From an uncultured Pseudomonadota bacterium (lineage in GTDB: Bacteria; Pseudomonadota; Alphaproteobacteria; JACZXZ01), in NCBI GenBank assembly GCA_963749075.1, contig CAVVLJ010000021.1:608001-672000 (forward strand): 64,000 bases of DNA, written 5' to 3'. The stretch's first letter is position 1; each line of letters starts with the position of its first letter. The notes below the pieces were generated by a model. That model made no database searches. It saw only the letters and a program-made list of their open reading frames with translations, and was not told where the DNA came from. The translations under genes were made by a program, and so were the position numbers. This document shows, in pieces, positions 48,303 to 57,239 of the stretch.

Positions 48303-48682
48303 CCGGAAAAACAGGTAAGGAGCATCGCGCCAACGTCGACGAATGCCTGGACGAGATGCGGGCGAGTGCCGCGGCCATCGCGCGGTACATTGATGGGCTC
48401 AGCGAGGAGCGCTTCACCCAAGAGGAGATGCGACAGGATGCCGTCGTGCGGCGGCTGGAGATGATCGGCGAGGCGGCCGACCGTATCATGAAGGCGGATC
48501 CTGAATACGAGAAAAACCTGCCGGGCATAGCGCTTGTCGAAGCCAAGCGCATGCGAAATTTCGTGATCCATGGATACGATCAGGTCGACATCAGTGTCGT
48601 TTGGCACACGGCGAGGCATGACATTCCGAGCTTGCGGGCAGCGATCGAGAAGGTGCTATCCAGCCGTAGATTGAAAAGCTGA
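48299..48682 (+). CDS. HEPN/DUF86 ribonuclease toxin
   Basis: DAVVRRLEMIGEAA and MRNFVIHGY (R-x4-H) motifs; overlaps the MNT gene. Confidence 0.92.
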   Translation: MTGKTGKEHRANVDECLDEMRASAAAIARYIDGLSEERFTQEEMRQDAVVRRLEMIGEAADRIMKADPEYEKNLPGIALVEAKRMRNFVIHGYDQVDISVVWHTARHDIPSLRAAIEKVLSSRRLKS

Positions 48683-48806
48683 CCGCACCAGGGAGCCAAA
48701 TCGACCGCTGTCATCCGCACACACTCGCCAGAATCCGGCGCACCCGCGCGGGTAACGCTGCGGGAACAGCGAAGGCCATATACGGTACGTATTTGATAAT
48801 ATTGCG

Positions 48807-50447
48807 TTATTCAGCCTCGAAGGGCGGACACCCCCTCCGCCACTTCAGAACAGAACTGCGAACGCCGGGCGCAGCCGGCTTTACGCCGGCTGCGGCGGTC
48901 AGCGTCTGAAGCAAGTTGCTTTTCGAGCCGATGATGCGGACCTCGCGGTCGGCGACCTCGACGCGCTGGGCAAGCGCCCGAAGGTGGTCGCGGCGATAGC
49001 CGCCGCCGTCGATCCTGATCCGCTCGCGCGCCGTCCTGGCGAACCTCTGGACCATCTGCGGCGTGATCGCCTGCTGACCTGACGACTCCAGCATCGCGGC
49101 AGCACGCGCGGCGTCGGCTTGCGCCTGGTCGCGGATCGCCTTGAGGCTTGCGACGCGCTCCTTCAGCGCTGGGTCGTCGAGATCGGCAACGCCGGCCTCG
49201 ATGGCGTCGTAGAGCCGCTTGAGGCGCAGATCGGTCTCGGTTGCGCGCTTGTTCAACTCGACGATGTGCTCGCGGCGGCGGCCGGCGCGCTCCTGCCGGC
49301 TGTCCAGAACGGACGCCAGAATCTCCTCGAGCCGCTCCGGCTGGAGCAAACGGTCGGCGAGGTGCTCCGCTACAAGGGTGTCCAGCTTCTCCATCGGGAC
49401 CGAACGGCCCTTGCAGCCGGTCTCGCCCTGCCGCGCCTTGATCGAGCAGGTGTAGTAGCGATACCGCCCTCCCTTCCCGGTCCTGAGCGTCATGGCGCCG
49501 CCGCAGTCGGCGCAGAAGCAAATGCCGGTAAGGAGGGTGGGGCCGCTCACGACGCGCGCCGGCGTGACCTTCGGATTGCGGGCGCGGAGATGCGCCTGGA
49601 CCGCGTCGAATGTCGCCTGATCGATCAGCGGCGGCACCTCGACGGTGACGATCTCGCTGGCAGGCTTCAGCGTCTTATTCTTCGCGCGCTTGTTGAACTC
49701 GTGGCGGCCGACATAGGTCGTCCGCGTGAGGATGCGGTGCACTTGGCCGATGCCCCAGCGTCCGCCGTCGCGGGTGAAGATGCGATGTTGGTTGAGATAA
49801 ACCGCGATGTTCTTGACGCCCATCGGGCCGCTCGTCGCGTCGCCCTCCAAAGCCAGCCGATAGATCAGCCGGATCGTGTCGGCGTGCAGCGGATCGATTT
49901 CGAGCTTCTTCTTGACCTTGGCGCCGCGCTGCTCGGCCGCGACGACGCGGTAACCGATCGGCGGCAATGAGCCGTTCCAGAAGCCTTGCCGCGCGTTCTC
50001 TTTCAGCGCACGAAGAACATGCTTGGCGTTTTCCTTCGCTTGGTACTCGTCAAACAGCGCCATGATCTGCCGCATCATGACGTGCATCGGATCGTCACCC
50101 ATCTCCTGGGTAATCGAGACAAGCCGAACGCCATTCTTGGCGAGCTTGCGGACGTAGAACTCCAGCTCGAAGTGGTCGCGGAAGAACCGCGAGAAGCTGT
50201 GAACGATGACGATATCGAAGGGCGTGGGCTTGCTGGTGCCCGCTTCGATCATGCGCTGGAACTCGGGCCGGCGATCATTGGTGGCTGATGCGCCGGGTTC
50301 GACGTAGGTCTCGGCGAGCTGGTAACCGCGCGACTGGCAGTACGCCTCGCCTTGCCGCTTCTGATCCGGGATCGAGACATCATGCTCGGCTTGCCGCGCC
50401 GTCGAGACGCGCAAGTAAAGGGCGGCGCGCAACGGCACGGTCATCAC
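48807..50447 (-). CDS. Large serine recombinase
   Basis: YLRVST, RPEFQRM and SRFFR motifs; recombinase domain; CADCG...C...C zinc ribbon. Confidence 0.96.
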   Translation of the reverse strand: MMTVPLRAALYLRVSTARQAEHDVSIPDQKRQGEAYCQSRGYQLAETYVEPGASATNDRRPEFQRMIEAGTSKPTPFDIVIVHSFSRFFRDHFELEFYVRKLAKNGVRLVSITQEMGDDPMHVMMRQIMALFDEYQAKENAKHVLRALKENARQGFWNGSLPPIGYRVVAAEQRGAKVKKKLEIDPLHADTIRLIYRLALEGDATSGPMGVKNIAVYLNQHRIFTRDGGRWGIGQVHRILTRTTYVGRHEFNKRAKNKTLKPASEIVTVEVPPLIDQATFDAVQAHLRARNPKVTPARVVSGPTLLTGICFCADCGGAMTLRTGKGGRYRYYTCSIKARQGETGCKGRSVPMEKLDTLVAEHLADRLLQPERLEEILASVLDSRQERAGRRREHIVELNKRATETDLRLKRLYDAIEAGVADLDDPALKERVASLKAIRDQAQADAARAAAMLESSGQQAITPQMVQRFARTARERIRIDGGGYRRDHLRALAQRVEVADREVRIIGSKSNLLQTLTAAAGVKPAAPGVRSSVLKWRRGCPPFEAE

Positions 50448-50462
50448 GATTGTCCTCTCAGA

Positions 50463-50645
50463 TCATCGGCACGGCCCCAACAGCTCATCGAAGACATCGC
50501 CGAACCAAGCCTCGAACACGTCGAGCTCGGCATCGGTAATCGGCACGGCGTCAGGCCAATCGTCCGTGACGGTCCACGTCTCGAAGGTCATGCTTCGGCG
50601 GGCGCCCGATGCGGGGCCAGGGCTCGATCGGAATGTAAAGGTCAT
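50463..50645 (-). CDS. Small acidic protein upstream of the serine recombinase
   Basis: WTVTDDWPDAVPITDAELDVFEAWFGDVFDELL, a motif I recall next to such recombinases; start uncertain. Confidence 0.6.
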   Translation of the reverse strand: MTFTFRSSPGPASGARRSMTFETWTVTDDWPDAVPITDAELDVFEAWFGDVFDELLGPCR

Positions 50646-50982
50646 CGGGCAAGATGCCCAGGCTGGCACGCGGGCGAGGCATCCCGACAGGATCGCGCCG
50701 AGCACTCCCAGGATGAACGGCCGATCTCTATCCCGCAGCATCCTTCCCCCTCCCGGCGGTCTCGCGGCGTAGATGGATGGCGGTTTCCACGTTGATATGA
50801 TTGACGTTTTTGTGAAAACGTATGGCACGGGTTTTCCGGCGGATGGCCGAAAAGCTAAATCATTCCAATCCACTGCGCGCGCCGGACGGCCTCGCTTTTC
50901 CCTTGCCGTCCCGACACCGCTTCGCCGAATATATCCGAAAACGCGAGCGCGCAGTTAGCCGGTTCGCCGCGGCGAGGAACCG

Positions 50983-51642
50983 ATGGGCAGAACGAAATTT
51001 GAGATCGAACATGTCCCGGGAGTGTCGGTCTCGACCGACGATATCTTATTGGATCTTCGCCGGGTGGCCGAATGCGCCGGCGCAAACGTCATCTCCGCAA
51101 GGCTGTATCAGCAATACGGAAAATATTCTTGGAGCACCGCCGCCAAGCGATTCGGCAGCTGGAATAAGGCCGTCATAGCGGCTGGGTTAGAAATAGCGAA
51201 TGAAATCAATGTCTCCGACGACCGCCTTTTCGAAAACCTGATGCGTCTCTGGGAACATTACGGTCGGCAGCCGCGCCGCCGCGAACTCGCCCATCCGCCT
51301 TCGCTGTTTTCTGAAGGCGCCTACCGCCGGCTTGGCTCATGGACGGATGCACTGAAGCAATTCGTCGCATACGCAAACGCGCAAGACATGGAGCCCCCGG
51401 CTCCGGGCGAAGCTTCAACCGGTCACAAAACAGGACGAGATCCATCCCTAAGACTCCGATTTCGCGTGATGAAGCGAGACAATTTCTCATGTCGTGCTTG
51501 CGGAGCAAGTCCCGCTTTGACGCTTGGCTTGTCGCTACACGTCGATCACGTCAAGGCGTGGAGTCTTGGCGGCGAGACAGTCGAAGAAAACCTGCAGACG
51601 CTGTGCGAGCCGTGCAACCTCGGCAAGAGCAACGTACTCTAA
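50983..51642 (+). CDS. HNH endonuclease with homing-endonuclease-associated repeats
   Basis: Two repeats ending RFGSWNKA..AAG and RLGSWTDAL; RDNFSCRACG...HVDHV...GG.T...NLQTLC..CN. Confidence 0.88.
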   Translation: MGRTKFEIEHVPGVSVSTDDILLDLRRVAECAGANVISARLYQQYGKYSWSTAAKRFGSWNKAVIAAGLEIANEINVSDDRLFENLMRLWEHYGRQPRRRELAHPPSLFSEGAYRRLGSWTDALKQFVAYANAQDMEPPAPGEASTGHKTGRDPSLRLRFRVMKRDNFSCRACGASPALTLGLSLHVDHVKAWSLGGETVEENLQTLCEPCNLGKSNVL

Positions 51643-51926
51643 GCCCCGGCGACACAGTTCATAGGGCTATGGCGTAGACATAGTGCTCATCATCGTCGGT
51701 CGTGGCCCGCCACCCTTCGCCCTTGGGGCTACGGGTGGCATGCCGCTTATGAGATCGACGGGCGTGGGGAGACTGTCGCCGCGCATGCGGCGCGCCCAAA
51801 GACGGCGTTTGCTGCGCGAAGCCGCCCACATCTCGCCGCTTGACGCCCAAGACGTTCTTCGGTCAGTCTCGCCGGCCTCGGGGGGAAGCCTTCGAGCCGA
51901 ACGATTGAACATAGCAGCGCGGAGCA

Positions 51927-52187
51927 ATGGAAATGGCTACCCATGGTTTTATTGCCTGGCTGATCATCGGCGCCGTCGCCGGCTGGCTCGCGGGGCTTCT
52001 CGTCAAGGGTGGCGGCTTTGGTCTGATCGGCGACATCGTCGTCGGGATCATCGGCGCTTTCATCGGCGGCTGGCTCGCCGGCTTCCTTCACATCAATATC
52101 GGCGGCGGGCTGATCGCATCCATCATCACGGCGACCGTCGGGGCGGTCGTCCTGACCGTCATCCTGCACCTCGTCAGGCGAGCCTGA
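51927..52187 (+). CDS. GlsB/YeaQ/YmgE family small membrane protein
   Basis: WLIIGAVAGWLAG...DIVVGIIGAFIGGWL. Confidence 0.92.
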   Translation: MEMATHGFIAWLIIGAVAGWLAGLLVKGGGFGLIGDIVVGIIGAFIGGWLAGFLHINIGGGLIASIITATVGAVVLTVILHLVRRA

Positions 52188-52293
52188 CGTAGCCCCCGCC
52201 GCCGGCCTGCCGACTGGCGGCGCGGCCGGGCGGCTGCCCGCTTCGCTTGGCCGCAGGGCTTAGCCGCGGCACCGTGCTGCCCGCGATCCCTCG

Positions 52294-52307
52294 CTGACCT
52301 AGATCAA
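52294..52307 (+). promoter_or_regulatory. Possible FNR/FixK box
   Basis: CTGAC-CTAG-ATCAA versus consensus TTGA(T/C)-N4-(A/G)TCAA, 56 nt upstream of the ATG. Confidence 0.45.
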
Positions 52308-52363
52308 GGCACGCCGGTTGCCGTCCCATGTAGGCTCGGAAGTGGCTTGGCTTGGAGAGGCAC

Positions 52364-52936
52364 ATGCAGCTTCCGGTACAAATCACCTTCCGCAACATGG
52401 CGCCGTCGCCGGCCGTGGAAGCGCACATCCGCGAGCGCGCCGACGCCCTCGAGCGCTATTTCGCAAGGATCATCGCGTGCCGCGTCGTCGTGGAGGCGAG
52501 CACGCGCCGCCAGCGCAAGGGCCGGCTGTACCATTTGCGCGTCGATCTCACCGTCCCGGGGCGAGAGATCGTGGTCAAGCGCGATCCCTCGGAACACCAC
52601 GCGCATGAGGACATCCTGGTCGCCGTGCGGGACGCCTTCGACGCCGCCCGCCGGCAGCTCGAGGACCACGCCCGCGCCGCGCGCGGCGACACGAAGGTTC
52701 ACGAGACGCCGCGCCATGGCCGCGTCGTCCGGCTCTTCAAGGAGAACGGCTACGGTTTCATCCGGTCGAGCGGGGGCGAGCAAATCTATATGCACCGGAA
52801 CGCCGTGGCCGGCGACGCCTTCGACGCCCTCGCGGAAGGCGACGAGGTTCGCTATGCCGTCCATGAGGGCGAAGGGGAGAAGGGCCCGCAGGCCAGTACG
52901 GTGGTCCCGCTCGGAAAGCACCACCTGGCGCCGTGA
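52364..52936 (+). CDS. HPF/RaiA ribosome-associated protein fused to a cold-shock domain
   Basis: QITFRNMAPSPAVEAHI...AVRDAFDAARRQL, then GRVVRLF..NGYGFI...GPQASTV. Confidence 0.9.
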   Translation: MQLPVQITFRNMAPSPAVEAHIRERADALERYFARIIACRVVVEASTRRQRKGRLYHLRVDLTVPGREIVVKRDPSEHHAHEDILVAVRDAFDAARRQLEDHARAARGDTKVHETPRHGRVVRLFKENGYGFIRSSGGEQIYMHRNAVAGDAFDALAEGDEVRYAVHEGEGEKGPQASTVVPLGKHHLAP

Positions 52937-52968
52937 AAGCCGGCTGCCGGTCGGGTGCCGCGTGCGGC

Positions 52969-53268
52969 TCAGCAGGTCATGCCGCCGCTTGCCGTGCGAT
53001 GCACGTCCGGGCCATGGCCAAGCGCCGATCCGTGGGCGAGCGCCTGCTCGACGGCGTGGCGTACGTGCGTCTCCGCATAGAGGGTGCCGTGCGCCAGCGC
53101 GGGCGCCAGCAGTATCGCGGCGCCGAACGCCGCCAGCAACGCCCACGACGCCAGCAGCGTCCGCGTGGTGGCGAGGACGCGTCCGAGATCGACCGCATAG
53201 TCTTTGACGTATTCGGCGAACACCGCGCATGTCGAGCTACCGTGCATCATTTCGTCCTTCCTGGTCAT
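52969..53268 (-). CDS. Hypothetical small membrane protein
   Basis: Hydrophobic LLASWALLAAFGAAILLAPALA segment; GGAGG upstream. Confidence 0.4.
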   Translation of the reverse strand: MTRKDEMMHGSSTCAVFAEYVKDYAVDLGRVLATTRTLLASWALLAAFGAAILLAPALAHGTLYAETHVRHAVEQALAHGSALGHGPDVHRTASGGMTC

Positions 53269-53448
53269 GACATCCTCCAACAGCACGCATGCCGCTCTAG
53301 ATGTGTTGCGCCGCACCATACGAGTACGGCCGTACGAGCAGGGAAACCATGCATCCGCAGCAGGGGTCGCCTGTGCCGGGCGTTTTCCCGCGGCATCTCT
53401 TGTCGATGACCGCGCGGCGGCCGCCGCCATTCGCACCATCACAAAGAT

Positions 53449-53538
53449 TTGACAGCGGCGCGGCGGCTGGCGCGCCTGGGCGGCAGCGAACCCGGTCTGG
53501 CGCGGGTGCCGCGGCGGCGGCGGCCGGGGTGCGCGTGA
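53449..53538 (+). pseudogene. C-terminal remnant of a VapB-like antitoxin
   Basis: AARRLARLGGSEPGLARVPRRRR ending in a GTGA overlap with vapC; frame closed upstream by TGA at 53407. Confidence 0.7.
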
Positions 53539-53909
53539 TCCTGGTCGACACCTCCGTCTGGATCGACCATCTGCGCGCCGGCGAGAGCTCGCTCGCCGAG
53601 CTCCTCGATGGCGGAGGCGTCCTCGCCCACCCCTTCATCATCGGCGAGCTCGCGCTGGGCCGTTTGCGGCGGCGCGCGCTTATTCTCGGCGCCTTGTCGG
53701 ATCTGCCGCAGGTGCGCGTCGCCTCGGACGCCGAGGTGCGGCACTTCATCGAGCGCCACGCCCTCCACGGGCTCGGCATCGGCTATGTCGACGCCCATCT
53801 GCTCGCCGCCGTCCGGCTTACGGCAGGGGCGGCGCTATGGACGCGCGACAAGCGGCTGAACGGCATCGCACGGCGGTTGGGGATGGCGACGAGACTTCCT
53901 CTGCGCTGA
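53535..53909 (+). CDS. VapC-family PIN toxin
   Basis: ILVDTSVWIDHLR, HPFIIGELALG, GIGYVDAHLLA and LWTRDKRL motifs. Confidence 0.92.
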   Translation: MILVDTSVWIDHLRAGESSLAELLDGGGVLAHPFIIGELALGRLRRRALILGALSDLPQVRVASDAEVRHFIERHALHGLGIGYVDAHLLAAVRLTAGAALWTRDKRLNGIARRLGMATRLPLR

Positions 53910-53935
53910 GGCGTTGGGCCCTCGCCTGAGCGGCT

Positions 53936-54346
53936 TCAGCCGAGGGCGAAGAACGGCAGCCTCTGGGAGGCCGTGTGCTGCACGAAGACGACCCTGACCG
54001 CGCGGCCGACCAGGCCCTCCTCCTTGTGGGGCGGGCGTGCCAGGCGGCTGAACATCGTAGGTCCCTCGCGCAGCCGCACGGCGATGAAGTAGTAGGGCAC
54101 CTCGTCGACGAAGCTCTCGGCCTGCGGCCGCATGATGCGCGTGAAGGAGAGGATGGTGCCCTGCCCGGAGACGTCCTCCCAGCGAAGCTCGTCGCATCCG
54201 CAGTGGGGACAGCAGGGACGCGGGTAATAGATGAAGCGGCCGCAGTCTTCCGCGGTGCAGCGCTGCAAACGCAGCGTCCCGGCATTGCAGGCCTCCCAGA
54301 AGGGCCGGCTGATCTCGCTGATGCGCGGCATCGGTTTCTCGGCCAT
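53936..54346 (-). CDS. Zn-ribbon/OB-fold protein (DUF35/ChsH2-like)
   Basis: PFWEA...LQRC...CG..IYYPR..CPHC...G.G.I.SFT; follows the thiolase-like gene. Confidence 0.88.
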   Translation of the reverse strand: MAEKPMPRISEISRPFWEACNAGTLRLQRCTAEDCGRFIYYPRPCCPHCGCDELRWEDVSGQGTILSFTRIMRPQAESFVDEVPYYFIAVRLREGPTMFSRLARPPHKEEGLVGRAVRVVFVQHTASQRLPFFALG

Positions 54347-54354
54347 GGCCCGCC

Positions 54355-55506
54355 TCAGGCCCGTGCCAGGATGGCGGCGCTGGTGGAGAGCCCGCGGCCG
54401 AAGGCGACCATGCCGTAGCCCGAGACCACGCCCCGGCGGCATTTGATCTGCCGCTTGCCGGCCTCCCCGCGCAATTGCTGCACGGCCTCCACGACCGCGA
54501 TCATGCCGCCGCTCCAGCCGGCCTGGCCGGCCGAGAGCTGGCCGCCGCCGGTATTGACCGGGAAATCGCCGTGCACGCTGAGATCGTGCTCGCGCACGAA
54601 GCGCGCCGCGGCACCCTCGCCGCAGAGGCCGAGCGCCTCGAACTGGAGGAAGCTCATGGCCGGATAATCGTCGTAGACTTGCGCGAAATCCATCTCGCCG
54701 GGTGCAGCACCCGCCTGGCGGTACATCTCGTCGCGGAAGACGTTCCAGCCGCCGGCGAGCGACAGGGGCTCGGCGGCGGGATGATTATGCAGCTCCCCGC
54801 CGCCCAGGATGCGGACCTTGGGCACCTCGAGCTCGCGGGCGGCCCGCTCGCTCGCCAGCACGACCGCATCGCCGCCGCTGCAGGGATAGACGCAGTCGTA
54901 GAGATGGATCGGGTCGGCGATGACGCGGGCAGCCAGGTAGTCCTCGAGGCTGAGCGGCGTGCGGAAGAGGGCATTGGGATTGAGGATGGCGTTCTTGCGC
55001 TGGGCCACGGCGAGGCGGCCGAAATCCTCGCGCGTGGCGCCGTATTCGTCCATATAGCGGCGCGTATGAAGGGCAAAGAGGCCGTTGGTGCCGCCCCAGC
55101 CGAAGGGCTTCATGTAATCGCGCTGTCCGGTGTTGCGCTCCTGGCCGAGATGCATGTCGAGGGTGAAGGTATCCGCGGCGGCGCAGAGGACCACCTCCGC
55201 GTCGCCGGCCTGGATGGCGCGGGCGGCGCGCAGGACGGCAATCACGCCCGAGGCGCCGCCCGAGACGCCCTGGTACACCCAGCGGAGCTCGAGGCCGAAC
55301 TGCTCGGCGAGCGTGGTGGCGTTGTCCGGCGCCATGCCGAGCGAGATGGCGGCCCAGCCGTCGACCTGGCGCTTGGCGAGGGTTGCCGAGCGCAGCGCCC
55401 GCCCCGCGGCCTCCCACATGAGCCGGTGCGCCGACTTCGCCGTGCGCTTCTCGTAGGCGGTCTGCCCGGCCCCGACGATGAAGACGCCGTCGTAGTTCGC
55501 GGCCAT
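54355..55506 (-). CDS. Thiolase-family (SCP2/Ltp-like) protein
   Basis: IVGAGQT, NPNALFR, YDDYP and VNTGGGQLSAG motifs. Confidence 0.88.
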   Translation of the reverse strand: MAANYDGVFIVGAGQTAYEKRTAKSAHRLMWEAAGRALRSATLAKRQVDGWAAISLGMAPDNATTLAEQFGLELRWVYQGVSGGASGVIAVLRAARAIQAGDAEVVLCAAADTFTLDMHLGQERNTGQRDYMKPFGWGGTNGLFALHTRRYMDEYGATREDFGRLAVAQRKNAILNPNALFRTPLSLEDYLAARVIADPIHLYDCVYPCSGGDAVVLASERAARELEVPKVRILGGGELHNHPAAEPLSLAGGWNVFRDEMYRQAGAAPGEMDFAQVYDDYPAMSFLQFEALGLCGEGAAARFVREHDLSVHGDFPVNTGGGQLSAGQAGWSGGMIAVVEAVQQLRGEAGKRQIKCRRGVVSGYGMVAFGRGLSTSAAILARA

Positions 55507-55774
55507 GTCCCTAGGGCCGGAAAGGCATGGCGAATGACCCCGTTCCCCTGGCGAGCTTGCGCTTCGAATCCTTGCTCGGCCCGAGAGGGAAAATACGCTG
55601 CCGGCGGCCGTCCTGATAGATGTCCTATAACGCGAAATTGACCGCGCCGCGCGCCACCTTAAATCGTCATGCCGCACGCCGGCGCCCCCGCCGACGGGGC
55701 CGCATCGCCCGTCCCTGCCGAGGAGCGTGTCATTGCCCGGCTTGGCGGCGATGGCGCGGAGGCTCGGGACGAGG

Positions 55775-55810
55775 GATGTCGCAAACGTCGAGATTGCGGA
55801 CTATCATTGA
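55775..55810 (+). pseudogene. Extreme C-terminal remnant of a HigB toxin
   Basis: DVANVEIADYH-stop, matching the typical HigB end VEIVDYH, 29 nt upstream of higA. Confidence 0.65.
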
Positions 55811-55839
55811 AGGCGGCAATAGCAGGTAAGGACTGACCC

Positions 55840-56142
55840 ATGGAGCTGTTGCGCAACCCGCACCCGGGCGAGATTCTGAAGGACGAGTTCTTGCGCGAGA
55901 TCGGCATGAGCCAGAATCGGCTGGCTCGTGCGATCGGCGTTCCCGGCAACCGCGTCCATGCGATCGTCAACGGCACGCGGGACATCACGGCCAACACCGA
56001 CTTGCGCCTGTGCAAGTTCTTCGGCCTTTCCGAAGGCTATTTCCTGCGCCTGCAGAACGCGCACGACACGCTTGAGGCCAAGCGCCGCATCGCGGGCGAC
56101 GTGGCCAAGATCACGCCTTATAAGCAGGAGCGGGCCGCTTAG
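55840..56142 (+). CDS. higA: HigA family antitoxin
   Basis: HPGEILKDEFL...SQNRLARAIGVP.NRV..IVNGTRDITA.TDLRL.KFFG.S..YFL.LQ. Confidence 0.93.
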   Translation: MELLRNPHPGEILKDEFLREIGMSQNRLARAIGVPGNRVHAIVNGTRDITANTDLRLCKFFGLSEGYFLRLQNAHDTLEAKRRIAGDVAKITPYKQERAA

Positions 56143-56177
56143 AGTAGAGGAGAGACCATTCGCGCCGCCGGGCGCCC

Positions 56178-57239
56178 TCAGCACGCCTCGAGCGGCACGC
56201 TGAGCCGCATGCCGGGGACGCGCACCCCGCCGCGCTTGCCGGGCTCGACCGAGCCGTAGCGCTCGGCGAAGACGGGCGGCAGCGCCCGTGCCTCGGACGG
56301 TGCCAGCCAGAGGCGGAGGAGATGGCGCCTGCGCTCCGGCTCGGGCCAGTCCTCGAAGCCCGTGCGGTCGTGGAGAAGGGTGTGGTTGTGCACGAGCTGG
56401 ACGTCGCCGGGCGCGAACGCCATGTGCAGGCACAAGGCCGGGTCGTTGGCGAGCGCGTCGAAGAGGTCGAGCGCCTCGCGCTGCGTTTCGCTCAACGGCG
56501 GCACCCCGGGGAAGCGGCGCGCGGAGTCGATGTACTGCCGCTGGTAGATGGCGCTCAGCCGTCCGGCGTGCCAGTTGAAGACGGGGATGCGAAAAAAGGG
56601 CAGCGCTCCCGCCGGCACCTCGCCGCGGCGGTCGGTCTCGATGGGTGCTAAGAGCACCTCCGCAAGATCGGGCCGCCGCGCGCGCATCTCGTTGTAGATG
56701 GTGAGCGAGCTCACCAGGCTCGAGAGCCCGCCCGCCCTCGCCGGATGGAGGCAGAGGAGCCCGACCACGTCGGCCGAATCCGTGTGATAGGTCTGGCGCT
56801 CGCGGGTCTGGTAGATGCGCACGTTGGGATCGCTCGAGGCGAGGCCCAGGTCCTTGACGTGGCCGAGGAGGTGGCCCTTGGCGTTCTGCGGCAGGAGCGT
56901 GCCGAGGTGGCTGCCGAGGCCGAGGAACGCCGCGGCACTCCGCCGCACGCCGTAGCGCTCGACGGGAAGCCCGCGGATGACGGCGAAGCCGCGCCCGTCC
57001 AACACCTCGGCCAGGATGCGCGCGATGCGCGGCGCCAGCGCCGGGAGCGGGAAATCCTCCTTGCGCATGGCGGCGAGTTGGCGCCCCTCCGCCGCGGCGT
57101 GCGCGCTCGCCGCATCGAGCTCGGCGAGCTCGTTCTCGCCGAGCTGCTCGATCCAGTCGCCGCGCGCCGCCATCGCGGGTCCGTACCAGGCAGCCGGCCC
57201 GCCGATGCGCGCCGGCACCTCGGCGAGGGCGGCGCTCAC
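56178..57239 (-). CDS. TauD/TfdA family 2-oxoglutarate dioxygenase
   Basis: HTD facial motif, NHTLLHDR and RRHLLRLWL motifs. Confidence 0.9.
   Translation of the reverse strand: MSAALAEVPARIGGPAAWYGPAMAARGDWIEQLGENELAELDAASAHAAAEGRQLAAMRKEDFPLPALAPRIARILAEVLDGRGFAVIRGLPVERYGVRRSAAAFLGLGSHLGTLLPQNAKGHLLGHVKDLGLASSDPNVRIYQTRERQTYHTDSADVVGLLCLHPARAGGLSSLVSSLTIYNEMRARRPDLAEVLLAPIETDRRGEVPAGALPFFRIPVFNWHAGRLSAIYQRQYIDSARRFPGVPPLSETQREALDLFDALANDPALCLHMAFAPGDVQLVHNHTLLHDRTGFEDWPEPERRRHLLRLWLAPSEARALPPVFAERYGSVEPGKRGGVRVPGMRLSVPLEAC

Larger units (their letters stand above)
42012..48842. mobile_element. Genomic island 1 integrated in tRNA-Ser (about 6.8 kb)
   Basis: 14-bp direct repeat CACCCCCTCCGCCA at 42012-42025 and 48829-48842; integrase next to the tRNA; excisionase-like HTH; lower-GC cargo; G(T/C)GGG(T/A)A pairs spaced 12 nt near both ends (42154/42166 and 48748/48760). 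Confidence 0.88.
48843..51712. mobile_element. Genomic island 2 (serine recombinase, small protein, HNH nuclease); right end tentative
   Basis: The recombinase 3' end runs across the tRNA-derived att repeat; CCGCCA followed by a hairpin at 51707-51740 is a possible distal att remnant. Confidence 0.55.
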
